Below, piece by piece: positions 10,114 through 19,395 of a stretch of 64,000 nt of DNA. Below the pieces are notes generated by a model. It did no database searches. It saw only the letters and a list, made by a program, of their open reading frames with translations, and was not told the DNA's origin. The position numbers were made by a program, and so were the translations under genes. Source of the DNA: Longimicrobiales bacterium (GTDB taxonomy: Bacteria > Gemmatimonadota > Gemmatimonadetes > Longimicrobiales > Gaopeijiaceae); the NCBI GenBank assembly GCA_965248195.1, contig CBDFIQ010000001.1:608001-672000 (forward strand), written 5' to 3'. Position 1 is the stretch's first letter, and every line of letters starts with the position of its first letter.

Positions 10114-11142
10114 ATGACTCGACCAGGATCCACACCTCCGCTTCTCGGCGCTGGCGCCGTCTCTGCGTTTCTCGTGCTCTCTGGGTTTCTTCCGCTTCTC
10201 GGGGCCGTTCCCATCGCCAGCGCCCAAGAGGTGCCGTCCTTGGTCACTGAGGCTGAATACGAGCGGTGGCAGGTAGAGCTCTCGAACTGGGGCCGGTGGG
10301 GACCAGACGACGAGCTCGGCGCTCTCAACCTGATCACTCCGGCGAAGCGCCTGGCGGCCACTGCGCTGGTGCGGGAGGGGATCACCGTGTCGCTCGCGTC
10401 GACGGCGCAGACCGAACGGACCATCGACAACCCCTGTCCCCTCGAGTGGGAGATGGCCAACGCCAATCGGGGCGGGGCTACCGACCGTATCTCCTATCGG
10501 TGCATCCACGGCCCAGGCACGACCCACATCGACGGCTTCGCCCATCGCTTCTTCGACGGCAAGATGTGGAACGGCTACGACGTCGCTGACCTGGTCACGA
10601 TGGAAGAGGGCGCGTTGAAGAACGACATCCTCACGATGAAGAACGGAATCGTGACTCGCGGCGTTCTGTACGATATCCCCCGGTTGAAGGGGGTGCCTTA
10701 CCTGGAGCCCGGCACGCGAATCACCGTCCAAGACCTGGAGGCGTGGGAGGCGCAGGCCGGCGTACGGGTGGGTCCGGGCGACGCGTTCCTCCTGCGATGG
10801 GGCCGTTGGGCCAGGCAAGATGCGATAGGGCCGTTCGATACTGGGGCCGAAGCGGCGGGGCTCGACAACACCGTCATCCCCTGGCTGAAGGCTCGGGACG
10901 TCGCGCTCATCGGATGGGAAACGCCGGGCTACATGCCACCGGTAGCCGGCGAGCTGCCCCGGCTCGCGTTGCATGACTTCGCGTTGACGATGCTGGGCAT
11001 ACACCTCCTCGACCGAGCGGATTTCGATGCGCTGAGTGAGATGGCGGCGGCCCAGGGGCGGTGGGAGTTCATGCTCACGATCGCGCCGATGCCGATCCCC
11101 AACGGCACCGGCTCCCCGGTAAACCCGATCGCCATCTTCTGA
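10114..11142 (+). CDS. Cyclase-family (kynurenine formamidase-like) metal hydrolase, exported
   Basis: SNWGRWGPDDELGALN, HGPGTTHID, TRGVLYD, TGSPVNPIAIF. Confidence 0.88.
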   Translation: MTRPGSTPPLLGAGAVSAFLVLSGFLPLLGAVPIASAQEVPSLVTEAEYERWQVELSNWGRWGPDDELGALNLITPAKRLAATALVREGITVSLASTAQTERTIDNPCPLEWEMANANRGGATDRISYRCIHGPGTTHIDGFAHRFFDGKMWNGYDVADLVTMEEGALKNDILTMKNGIVTRGVLYDIPRLKGVPYLEPGTRITVQDLEAWEAQAGVRVGPGDAFLLRWGRWARQDAIGPFDTGAEAAGLDNTVIPWLKARDVALIGWETPGYMPPVAGELPRLALHDFALTMLGIHLLDRADFDALSEMAAAQGRWEFMLTIAPMPIPNGTGSPVNPIAIF

Positions 11143-11314
11143 ACGAGAGACACGCGGCCAAGACCGTTTGGATGGCCTGCTCCACTTCGGGCGCGCCGGG
11201 GTCGTCCCCGGCTGGGAGGGCACAGGGCCAGAAGAACGAGTCCCAGGCGAGCGTGTAACGGTCTAGTGTGGAACCATTTCCTCAGGGATGTCCCACTAGT
11301 CATCGATTTTCTAC

Positions 11315-14137
11315 TCAGCTCACCAAGTCTTGTGGGGTGACAACCGTCTCCTGGGTGGCCGGCTCGGCAGTTGAAACCCTTTCCTGCCGGAACTCGTCCC
11401 TCGGCGCCGCGGGCATCGGACACCAGCCCGCCTCCTCAACAGCCGCCTGCGCAGCCGCGAGGCGTGCGACCGGGACCCGGAACGGAGAGCAACTCACGTA
11501 GTTCAGGCCAATCTTGTGACAGAATTCCACCGACCGGGGGTCCCCCCCGTGCTCGCCGCAGATCCCGATCTCGAGATCCGGACGGACGCCTCGCCCAAGT
11601 TCGACCGCCATCCGCATGATCTTTCCCACCCCGTCTATATCGAGGGTCGCAAACGGGTTTGCGGGGAGCACGTCATGTTCCATGTAGTGAAGGAGGAATC
11701 CCGACTCAGCGTCGTCCCGGGAGATTCCGAACACGGTTTGGGTCAGATCGTTGGTCCCGAACGAGAAGAACTCGGCCGTCGAGGCTATCTCGTCGGCGGT
11801 CAGGGCCGCCCGCGGGATCTCGATCATCGTCCCGAGCGAATATGGGATCTCCAGCTCTTCCTCCTCCATCACCTCCAGAGCCTCGGCCTCCACCAGTCGA
11901 CGCTGGGTCCGAAACTCGTTCACGTGTGAGACCAATGGGATCATGACCTCGAGCTTGACGTCGAGCCCGTCGCGCATGCAGCGGGCGGCCGCCTGAAAGA
12001 GCGCACGAGCCTGCATCCGGGTGATTTCCGGGAGTAACATTCCGAGACGGACCCCCCTCGTGCCCAGCATGGGGTTCGCTTCCAGAAGATCTTCGGTTCG
12101 CGCGAGGAAGTCCTGCTTCTCTCGGATCTCCTCGAGCGTGTCGTCGATCTCGCGGAGCGTGTCCAGGTGCTGGAGCCTGACCTTGAGCTCCGCCAGCTCG
12201 CGGAGGAGCTCCTGGTGGTCAGGGAGGAACTCGTGAAGCGGCGGGTCCAGAAGACGGACCACGACCGGGAGACCCTCCATTGTCCGGAAGAGACCCTCGA
12301 AATCGCCGCGTTGGAGCGGGAGGAGCCGATCCAGGGCGTCCTCGCGCTCTATGTGGTTCCGGGCCATGATCATCTCCCGCATTACCGGGAGGCGATCCTC
12401 CTCGAAAAACATATGCTCCGTGCGGCAAAGGCCGATCCCCTGGGCCCCCAAGTCCCGGGCTCGGCGCGCATCATCCGGGTAGTCCGCATTCGCCCACACC
12501 TCGAGAGTCCGGAACTCGTCCGCCCAAGCCAGCAGTTCGGTGAGCCAAGGGTCCTCGATGTCAGGGACGACGGTCGGTAGCACGCCCAGGTAGACCTCTC
12601 CGCGCATCCCATCGATGGATATTTCAGCCCCCTCGCGGATCGTGAGGTCTCCGACCCGCGCCTCGCGGTCGTTCAAGTCGATATCGAGGTCCTCTACTCC
12701 GACGACGGCCGGCTTACCGAACTGGCGCGCGACCAATGCTGCATGGCTCGTCCGTCCCCCCCGGCTGGTGACGATCCCCTCCGCCGCGAGCATCCCGTGA
12801 ACGTCGTCGGGCCTCGTCTCGGGCCGGACCATGATCACGGCTTTCCCGTCCTCCTTTGCCCATCTCTCTGCCGTGTCCGCATCGAAAGCCACGACACCTA
12901 CGGCCGCCCCAGGCGACACGTTCAGACCCTTCGCAAACATCTGAGCCTGGTTTCTGGCCTCCTCATCGAACTGAGGATGGAGATAGAAATCCACCTGCTC
13001 GGGGCTCACCCGGAGCACCGCCTCCTCTCGACCAAGCAGCTCCTCCTCGACCATGTCCACGGCGATCCGCACCTCCGCCTGGGCGGTGCGCTTGCCGTTC
13101 CGGGTCTGGAGAAGCCATAACTTTCCGTGTTCGACGGTGAATTCGAGGTCCTGCATATTTCGGTAGTGGTGCTCGAGGCTATCCGCGATCTCACAGAGCT
13201 GCTTGTGGGGGTCTGGAAACCGTTCCGCCATCACGCTGATGTCGAGCGTCTTCCGAGTTCCGTCCACCACGTCCTCTCCCTGGGCGTTCACCAGGAAGTC
13301 CCCATGTAGGCCCGGCTCTCCGGTGGACGCGTTGCGGCTCATCACGACCCCCGTCCCGGAAGTCTCGCCCATATTCCCGAAGACCATCGTCTGGATGTTC
13401 ACCGCGGTGCCAATGTCGTGTGGGATCCCCGAGGCGTTCCGGTAGTCGACGGCCCGTTTCGTATTCCAGGAATCGAATACTGCTTCCGTGGCCGCCTGGA
13501 GCTGTTCCAAAGGATCTTGCGGGAAGCGTGCCCGGGTGTGTGTCCTGACGAGCTCCTTGAAGCGCTGCGTGAGGGCCATCCAATCCTCCGCTCCAAGCTC
13601 CGGATCCGAGGTGACCCCGGCAGCCAATCGACTTTGTTCGATGACTTCTTGGAATACCTCGTCTTCCATCCCGCGAACCACGGTTCCGAACATCTGAATC
13701 AACCGCCGATAGGAGTCGTACACGAAGCGCACGTCCCCCGTGAGCTCCACCATCCCTTCGGCCACCTGGTCGTTCAATCCGAGATTCAGGATCGTGTCCA
13801 TCATCCCGGGCATCGAGAACTTCGCCCCGGATCGACACGACACGAGGAGGGGTTTTTGGGGGTTGCCGAACTCCTTCCCGGTATCAGTCTCGATGCGGCT
13901 CAGGGCCTCGATCTGTTGCGCCCAGATATCCGCCGGGAACCCGCCCGCCTCCCCGAGGTAGGCGATGCACGCCTCGGTCGTCACCGTGAAGCCGGGGGGC
14001 ACAGGGACCTGAATCCGCGACATTTCCGCTAGATTCGCCCCCTTCCCACCAAGTAGCCCCCGGACCGACTCCCAGTCACCCGCATAAGTCTCCGCGGCTT
14101 CGAGCTCGGTGAACAGATACACCCACTTTCGATCCAT
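11315..14137 (-). CDS. ppdK: Pyruvate, phosphate dikinase
   Basis: LGGKGANLAEM, SMPGMMDT, GGRTSHAA, GLCRTEHMF, SFGTNDLTQ, GICGEHGG. Confidence 0.97.
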   Translation of the reverse strand: MDRKWVYLFTELEAAETYAGDWESVRGLLGGKGANLAEMSRIQVPVPPGFTVTTEACIAYLGEAGGFPADIWAQQIEALSRIETDTGKEFGNPQKPLLVSCRSGAKFSMPGMMDTILNLGLNDQVAEGMVELTGDVRFVYDSYRRLIQMFGTVVRGMEDEVFQEVIEQSRLAAGVTSDPELGAEDWMALTQRFKELVRTHTRARFPQDPLEQLQAATEAVFDSWNTKRAVDYRNASGIPHDIGTAVNIQTMVFGNMGETSGTGVVMSRNASTGEPGLHGDFLVNAQGEDVVDGTRKTLDISVMAERFPDPHKQLCEIADSLEHHYRNMQDLEFTVEHGKLWLLQTRNGKRTAQAEVRIAVDMVEEELLGREEAVLRVSPEQVDFYLHPQFDEEARNQAQMFAKGLNVSPGAAVGVVAFDADTAERWAKEDGKAVIMVRPETRPDDVHGMLAAEGIVTSRGGRTSHAALVARQFGKPAVVGVEDLDIDLNDREARVGDLTIREGAEISIDGMRGEVYLGVLPTVVPDIEDPWLTELLAWADEFRTLEVWANADYPDDARRARDLGAQGIGLCRTEHMFFEEDRLPVMREMIMARNHIEREDALDRLLPLQRGDFEGLFRTMEGLPVVVRLLDPPLHEFLPDHQELLRELAELKVRLQHLDTLREIDDTLEEIREKQDFLARTEDLLEANPMLGTRGVRLGMLLPEITRMQARALFQAAARCMRDGLDVKLEVMIPLVSHVNEFRTQRRLVEAEALEVMEEEELEIPYSLGTMIEIPRAALTADEIASTAEFFSFGTNDLTQTVFGISRDDAESGFLLHYMEHDVLPANPFATLDIDGVGKIMRMAVELGRGVRPDLEIGICGEHGGDPRSVEFCHKIGLNYVSCSPFRVPVARLAAAQAAVEEAGWCPMPAAPRDEFRQERVSTAEPATQETVVTPQDLVS

Positions 14138-14244
14138 TTCCCCTCCGTTACTGACAAATCAACTGTACGGCAGCCGTGGATCCGACGCCCTGGCGTCACC
14201 GTGCCCCAAAGGTAATCCCCAAATCAGCCGATGCCAGGTTCGAC

Positions 14245-15366
14245 CTAGCGATACTCCTTCGTGAATCCGTTCCGGCTATTCGTGACGGTGAACGAGCCAT
14301 CGGCATTCCCTGACACCTTGATCCAGTACGCTTCACCATCGTGGGCAGGCCGGGGGGGGACTCCTGGTCCCCGTCGATTGGGCATCGGTGCAATCGGCAT
14401 GGCATCTTGCATTTCGTCGATCGGGTTCGCGATGAACAGCCCGGGGACCGTGTACTCCTGCCCGCTCAGTTGAGAAAAATGAAGCTGCCAGAGGTCTTCC
14501 AGACCGGGTGCGGAGTAGAGCACCCGCATCGCCTCCGGCTGTCCGCCCTTGCGCGTGCCGTTGTTCATGACGGCCACACGAGCCTCGATGGCGTGAACCA
14601 GGACCTCTGCGTTGGAGATCGGCTGTCCATGATGGGAGACAACGAATAGATCGACCGCACCGATCGGATTGTTTGGGCACATGAGCTCGAACTCAGTGTT
14701 GACCGTCAAGTCGCCCAAGTGGAGGACACGAAACTCGCCGAACCGAACGAGAACGCCTACCGACTGTGCGTTTTCGCCGTTGTCTTCGGCCTGCGAGACG
14801 AAATCGGCGCAGTAGCGATTCGGTCGGCCTCCACCCGGCAGCGGCCGGTCGATGACCCGCTTTGCGGATGCGAGTACCGTGATGTCGATACCGGCGAGCG
14901 CAATCCGATCCCCGGGCGTGACGACCGAATGCTCGGCACCCTGGTACAACGCCCGATAGGTCGTGTTGAGAAACTCGGCCACGTTGGCGTTCGACTCGAC
15001 ACCCGGTCCGTGGTCGATGAAGCGTCGCACCGGAACCTGGCTCGCCAGTTCCTGCATCGCTCCGTAGTGGTCGCCGTGCCAGTGGGTGGTGATCAGGTTG
15101 TCGATCTCAGCGACGCCGGCGTCCTGCATCGCGTCCACGATGCGACGGGTATCTCGCGCTGCATTCTGTCCACCATTTCCAGTATCGATCAGCAAGACCT
15201 CCCCGGCTGGAGAGACGAACAGCGTTGCGCCCCCACCCTCGACGTCGATCAGGTATATCTCGAGGGTCTCCTGCGCCTGTGCCGTGGCTAGGGGAACGCC
15301 CAAGAGAAGGGTCAGCAGGACCGCTGAGAAAAGCTCTGAATGGGCCCACGATTTGCGGTTCGGCAT
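14245..15366 (-). CDS. Exported MBL-fold metallo-hydrolase (ComEC/Rec2-like domain)
   Basis: IDVEGGGATL, THWHGDHYG, GDLT, SHHG; signal peptide. Confidence 0.85.
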   Translation of the reverse strand: MPNRKSWAHSELFSAVLLTLLLGVPLATAQAQETLEIYLIDVEGGGATLFVSPAGEVLLIDTGNGGQNAARDTRRIVDAMQDAGVAEIDNLITTHWHGDHYGAMQELASQVPVRRFIDHGPGVESNANVAEFLNTTYRALYQGAEHSVVTPGDRIALAGIDITVLASAKRVIDRPLPGGGRPNRYCADFVSQAEDNGENAQSVGVLVRFGEFRVLHLGDLTVNTEFELMCPNNPIGAVDLFVVSHHGQPISNAEVLVHAIEARVAVMNNGTRKGGQPEAMRVLYSAPGLEDLWQLHFSQLSGQEYTVPGLFIANPIDEMQDAMPIAPMPNRRGPGVPPRPAHDGEAYWIKVSGNADGSFTVTNSRNGFTKEYR

Positions 15367-15604
15367 TGGACGATCCTCCCCTTTCTTCAACGGCCTTCTG
15401 GTACGACCGGCGTGAATTGACGACACCCAAAATGTCACGCGCGAGCGCCAAACGCCATTGAGCCGATAGGAGCTATCTGGAAAGCTCCTCGCGGTGAGGA
15501 GGAGGCGCAGTTACTTATTTCTATTCGTGTGTCGACAACAAGCGACGGTTATGTGCTGAATCCCATGCACCAACCGCGGCGACACAAAGCCGACAGGAGG
15601 ATTT

Positions 15605-16453
15605 ATGAACCACTGGATAAGAGGAATGTTTCTGGGCAGCGTCCTTGTGGCAGCTACCGCAACTGGCGCTTTCGCGCAGAACGACCTGTCCATAGAACAG
15701 GTCAAGGATGGCCTCTATGCCATCATCGGTAGCGGTGGAAACGTCGGCGTTCGTGTTACCCGCGATGGAGTGATTCTGATCGACGACAAGTTCCCGCGAA
15801 ACTTTGCCGAGATTCAGGCCCTGGTGGCCCGGGTAAGCAATCAACCGGTCAAGTACGTCCTCAACACCCATCATCACGGCGACCACGCCGGTGGCAACGT
15901 GGAGTACATCAACATCGCGGAGATCATCGCTCACCAGAATGCCAGAGACAACATGGTAAGAGGCGACCAGGATGCCCCGCCAAGAGTTGTCTTTACGGAT
16001 CAGACTGCGGTTTATCTCGGTGGCGTTGAGGTACGAGCGTTCTATATGGGCCGTGGACACACCAATGGTGATGCGGTCATCTATTTTCCTGATCTGAGAA
16101 CCGTACATGGAGGTGATTTGTTACATGGCATCGCGCCATTTATCGACTATGGCAATGGCGGGAGCAGCAGCGGTTGGGTCACCACTCTAAATAACATTTT
16201 GGCACTCGATTTTGACACCGCCATTCCCGGGCACGGGGCCATCATGGATCGAAACGACGTGGTGGATTTTCGTAATCAAATGGAAGCGGTTCGCGCCCGT
16301 ATGGCGGATCTGATCAGATCCGGCACGCCCAAGAGCCAGGCATCCGAGCGTATAAAGACGCAGAATCTCAGCTGGACCATGGCGGAAGATGGTCTCTTTA
16401 TGGGAAGAAGCATCCCTGGCTTCTACGATGAAATTGCGGCTGGCTTGCCGTAG
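15605..16453 (+). CDS. Exported MBL-fold metallo-hydrolase
   Basis: NTHHHGDHAGGN, GHTNGD, GDL, IPGHG; AGGAGG RBS. Confidence 0.88.
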   Translation: MNHWIRGMFLGSVLVAATATGAFAQNDLSIEQVKDGLYAIIGSGGNVGVRVTRDGVILIDDKFPRNFAEIQALVARVSNQPVKYVLNTHHHGDHAGGNVEYINIAEIIAHQNARDNMVRGDQDAPPRVVFTDQTAVYLGGVEVRAFYMGRGHTNGDAVIYFPDLRTVHGGDLLHGIAPFIDYGNGGSSSGWVTTLNNILALDFDTAIPGHGAIMDRNDVVDFRNQMEAVRARMADLIRSGTPKSQASERIKTQNLSWTMAEDGLFMGRSIPGFYDEIAAGLP

Positions 16454-16574
16454 CACGGACACGAGCAAGCCACAGTCGGAGGCGTCGACGTGGGTGGTGG
16501 TCGAGCGTTACCGCTGAAACGGCCCGTCTCGGGTGGCTCCCCAATCCAAGGTCCCGTCGATGGCCGTATTCCAT

Positions 16575-16624
16575 ATACGAGGCACACTGGACCAGCGAGA
16601 TACGAGGCACACTGGACCAGCGAG
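16575..16624. repeat. Perfect 25-bp tandem duplication
   Basis: ATACGAGGCACACTGGACCAGCGAG x2 (16575-16599, 16600-16624). Confidence 0.95.
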
Positions 16625-16824
16625 TTTTTACTGGAGGTAGAGGGCCATGGCCCCGGCGCTTGCATTTTCCGAGATGGCCGAGACATTAAGGCGGGGAGCC
16701 GATTTCCGGCCCGCCGCGAGACCGCCTGCCTGGTGCCCGGACGGAGGGGCCAGAGATGGTGCCTACAACCTACAGCCGGCTATGTCGACGAGCCTGTTGA
16801 ACGCAGGCCGCGTCCCTCGAGCTG

Positions 16825-17385
16825 ATGGAGCGGATCGAAGGGGGCGACGATCGGGCCCTGGGCGAGCTCTACGATCGTCATGGTGCCGTGATGTACTCCC
16901 TCGCCAAATCCATCGTCTCGGAGCCAGCAGATGCAGAGGAGGTCGTGGCTGATGCGTTCCTTCAGATCTGGCGTGGGGCCCAGCGGTACGATCGGGGTCG
17001 GGCCTCCGTTGGCGCCTTCCTCGCCGTCGTCACCAGAAGCCGGGCTCTTGACGTGGTGCGCGCGCGGCGGCGGCGTAACGCGGCGGAGGGCCGGGCTGCC
17101 GCCTGGAACGAAGGCTGGCCGGCCGGCGCCCTGTCCGCCTCGGATCCGACCCCGGATCGCGCCCTCGAGCTCAGCGAAACATACGCCGTCGTGCGCCGGG
17201 CGCTCGACGCGCTGCCGGAGTCCCAGAGGGAGGTCATCTTGCTCGCATATTTCGGCGGCTACAGCCAGAGTGAGATCGCGGCTCGACTCTCGGAGCCGCT
17301 CGGTACCGTGAAGACGCGGGTGCGTACTGGAATGCAAAAGCTCCGTGAGGTGCTCTCCCCGTACGCCCCCGGGGTGGAATCGTGA
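16825..17385 (+). CDS. ECF RNA polymerase sigma factor (SigK-like)
   Basis: ALGELYDR, DAEEVV, LP..QREVILLAYFGGYSQSEIA..PLGTVKTR. Confidence 0.92.
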   Translation: MERIEGGDDRALGELYDRHGAVMYSLAKSIVSEPADAEEVVADAFLQIWRGAQRYDRGRASVGAFLAVVTRSRALDVVRARRRRNAAEGRAAAWNEGWPAGALSASDPTPDRALELSETYAVVRRALDALPESQREVILLAYFGGYSQSEIAARLSEPLGTVKTRVRTGMQKLREVLSPYAPGVES

Positions 17386-18203
17386 ACCCGAGGGACTGGA
17401 CGGAGATGACTGCGGCCTACGTCCTGGGCTCCTTGGACCCCGAAGATCGAGCCTCGTTCGAGGAGCGCCTCGCCTCAGATCCCGAGCTCGAGCGTGACGT
17501 AGAATCCTATCGGGAAGTCGTGGGTGGCCTTGCCGGGGCGGCGCCCCTGCATGCGCCGCCCGCGGCCCTGAAGGAACGCATCCTGGTCGAGGCCCGGGGC
17601 CGAATGGAGTCACCGCCGTCGCCTGCGCAGGAGCCTCCTGGGGAATCGCATGGGCGAGGGGCGACGCTCCCTTGGCTGCTAGCCGCCGCCGGGGTTGTCC
17701 TCAGTCTGGGTCTCGGGATCGCCTATCAACGCATGCGAACGGACAACACCTCGCTGCAAATCGCCTACGACCAAGTGGAAACGGATAACGCCTTCCTACG
17801 GATCGCCTACGACCGAGTTGCATCCGATCTCGAAGCCCGTGATTCCCTCCTCGCGACGTTCCTCGGGCCCGACGTGCGAACGGCGACCCTGGCGGCGACC
17901 GGTCGACCTCCGTCCGCCCGGCTGTTCTGGAACACCACCACCGGCTCGGTCGTGATGGCGGCGTTCGACCTACCGCCGGCCGCGGCCGGCCGCATTTATC
18001 AGCTCTGGGGGATCGTGACCGGCCTCGACCCAGTGAGCTTCGGTACCTTCCAGACCGGAGCCGACGGGACGGCCATTTTCCGAAGCCCGGTGCCGGAGGG
18101 CATCGAATTCGAGCTCGGGGCCGTCACGGAGGAGCCCGCCGGGGGATCGCCCCAGCCGACATCCACACCCTTCCTTGTCGGAGCCTGGTCCACAGCGCTA
18201 TAG
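17382..18203 (+). CDS. Anti-sigma factor, RskA-like
   Basis: AAYVLGSL N-terminus, one TM helix, LPP..YQLW, AVTEEPAGGSPQPT; overlaps the sigma stop codon. Confidence 0.9.
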   Translation: MNPRDWTEMTAAYVLGSLDPEDRASFEERLASDPELERDVESYREVVGGLAGAAPLHAPPAALKERILVEARGRMESPPSPAQEPPGESHGRGATLPWLLAAAGVVLSLGLGIAYQRMRTDNTSLQIAYDQVETDNAFLRIAYDRVASDLEARDSLLATFLGPDVRTATLAATGRPPSARLFWNTTTGSVVMAAFDLPPAAAGRIYQLWGIVTGLDPVSFGTFQTGADGTAIFRSPVPEGIEFELGAVTEEPAGGSPQPTSTPFLVGAWSTAL

Positions 18204-18505
18204 AAGGCTATTGAAGGAGTACAGCGGGTCGCGCACAGGGCGCTTGTGCGCGTTCAGACAAGGAACGACGACGAGGCGTAGCAACGCTACGGCGAGGAGG
18301 AGAGACGCAGGATCAACCGCACAACCGCCCTGTGCCCTCCACCATCTAGGGCATGACCTTACACGTTGGTGGGTTGCGGTGGCACGGCCCCATCTCCGTT
18401 GTTGGAGCTCCTAGCCGTAGCGAATGCTATGGCGTCGTCGCTCCGCCTAGGAGCTAGGACCGTGGCATCCGCAACGCGGCCCACTGTACTCCTTCAATAG
18501 CCTTC
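18203..18505 (+). repeat. Structured ~305-nt repeat element (MITE-like or ncRNA), copy 1
   Basis: Perfect 22-bp terminal IR GAAGGCTATTGAAGGAGTACAG (18203-18224 / 18484-18505); core closely matches 37964-38222 on the minus strand. Confidence 0.88.
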
Positions 18506-18517
18506 CGATCCAACCAC

Positions 18518-18543
18518 CAATCCGACTGGCGTCGACGGGCGTA
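18518..18543 (+). promoter_or_regulatory. Putative SigK-type ECF promoter of the DUF4331 operon
   Basis: CAATCC-N16-CGTA upstream of 18602, next to a SigK/RskA-like pair. Confidence 0.45.
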
Positions 18544-18601
18544 GAGACGATGAAGTCTCGCGTCCGTTTTTTATTTCTCGCTATGGAAGGGGCTGGATCA
18601 A

Positions 18602-19336
18602 ATGAACGAATCCGCTTATCGACCCCGGATCCTCGTCATCGCGCTTGCGATCGCGGGGTTGCTCGCCGCACATGCCGTGATCAAGGCGGCGGACCACGCC
18701 GACTCACCCGACACGTCGGAGGGCAATCTCGACGTGAACGACCTCTATGTCTTCAACCAGGGGGACAACGTCGTCTTCGCGATGACGGTAAGCCCCCTGC
18801 TCGCGCCCGGTGCGTCCACCTCGGGCGCCGCCTTCAACCCGAACGGTCTGTACCAGTTCAAGCTCGATCGTGAGCGCGACGGGATCGAGGAGGCGGTGAT
18901 CCAGATCGTCGTCTCCGGAGAAGGCACGGACCAGCGGGTCGACGTGCGAGGTCCGGTGGCCGCTGCAGTGACCGGAACCACCAACAACGTGCTGGCGGCT
19001 GCTCCGTCGGCTCGAGGCCCGTTCAACAACACCTTCTCGGCCGAGGGTCTGACCGTGTTCGCGGGGCCGCGGGATGACCCCTTCTTCATCGATCTATTCG
19101 GTGACGAAAGCCTCACGAGCGTGCTCAACGCCGTGTTCTCGGCCACTCTGGGCGAGACGGTCGGGAGCGCCGACGAGCAGACGCTCGCGTTCGCGGACCC
19201 GGCCGTGGACGACCTCGCCGGACTGAACGTTCTGGCAATCGTCGTAGAGGTGCCCAAGTCGATGGTGGCCGAAGCCCTGGGCATCGGGCTCTCGGACTCG
19301 TTCTTCGCATGGGCAACCACCAGCATCCGCCAGTGA
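18602..19336 (+). CDS. DUF4331-family protein (N-terminal-half type), exported
   Basis: ADHADSP..DVNDLYVF, VFAGPRDDPFF, AGLNVLAIVVEVP, WATTS. Confidence 0.85.
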   Translation: MNESAYRPRILVIALAIAGLLAAHAVIKAADHADSPDTSEGNLDVNDLYVFNQGDNVVFAMTVSPLLAPGASTSGAAFNPNGLYQFKLDRERDGIEEAVIQIVVSGEGTDQRVDVRGPVAAAVTGTTNNVLAAAPSARGPFNNTFSAEGLTVFAGPRDDPFFIDLFGDESLTSVLNAVFSATLGETVGSADEQTLAFADPAVDDLAGLNVLAIVVEVPKSMVAEALGIGLSDSFFAWATTSIRQ

Positions 19337-19395
19337 GCGGGCGAGCGATGGACCGGAATCCACATACAAAACGAATCCACGGAAGAGGTGTGATC

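Noticed and set aside
11145..11300. Possible gene remnant and a CTAGTG...CACTAG mini inverted repeat
   Set aside because: Too short to assign to any family
16575..16624. 25-bp repeat as a CRISPR array
   Set aside because: Two adjacent copies with no spacer and no cas genes
18175..18414. Similar small ORFs at 18175-18414 and 38033-38260 as a peptide family
   Set aside because: The similarity comes from the shared repeat; starts are not conserved, and substitutions follow base pairing rather than codons
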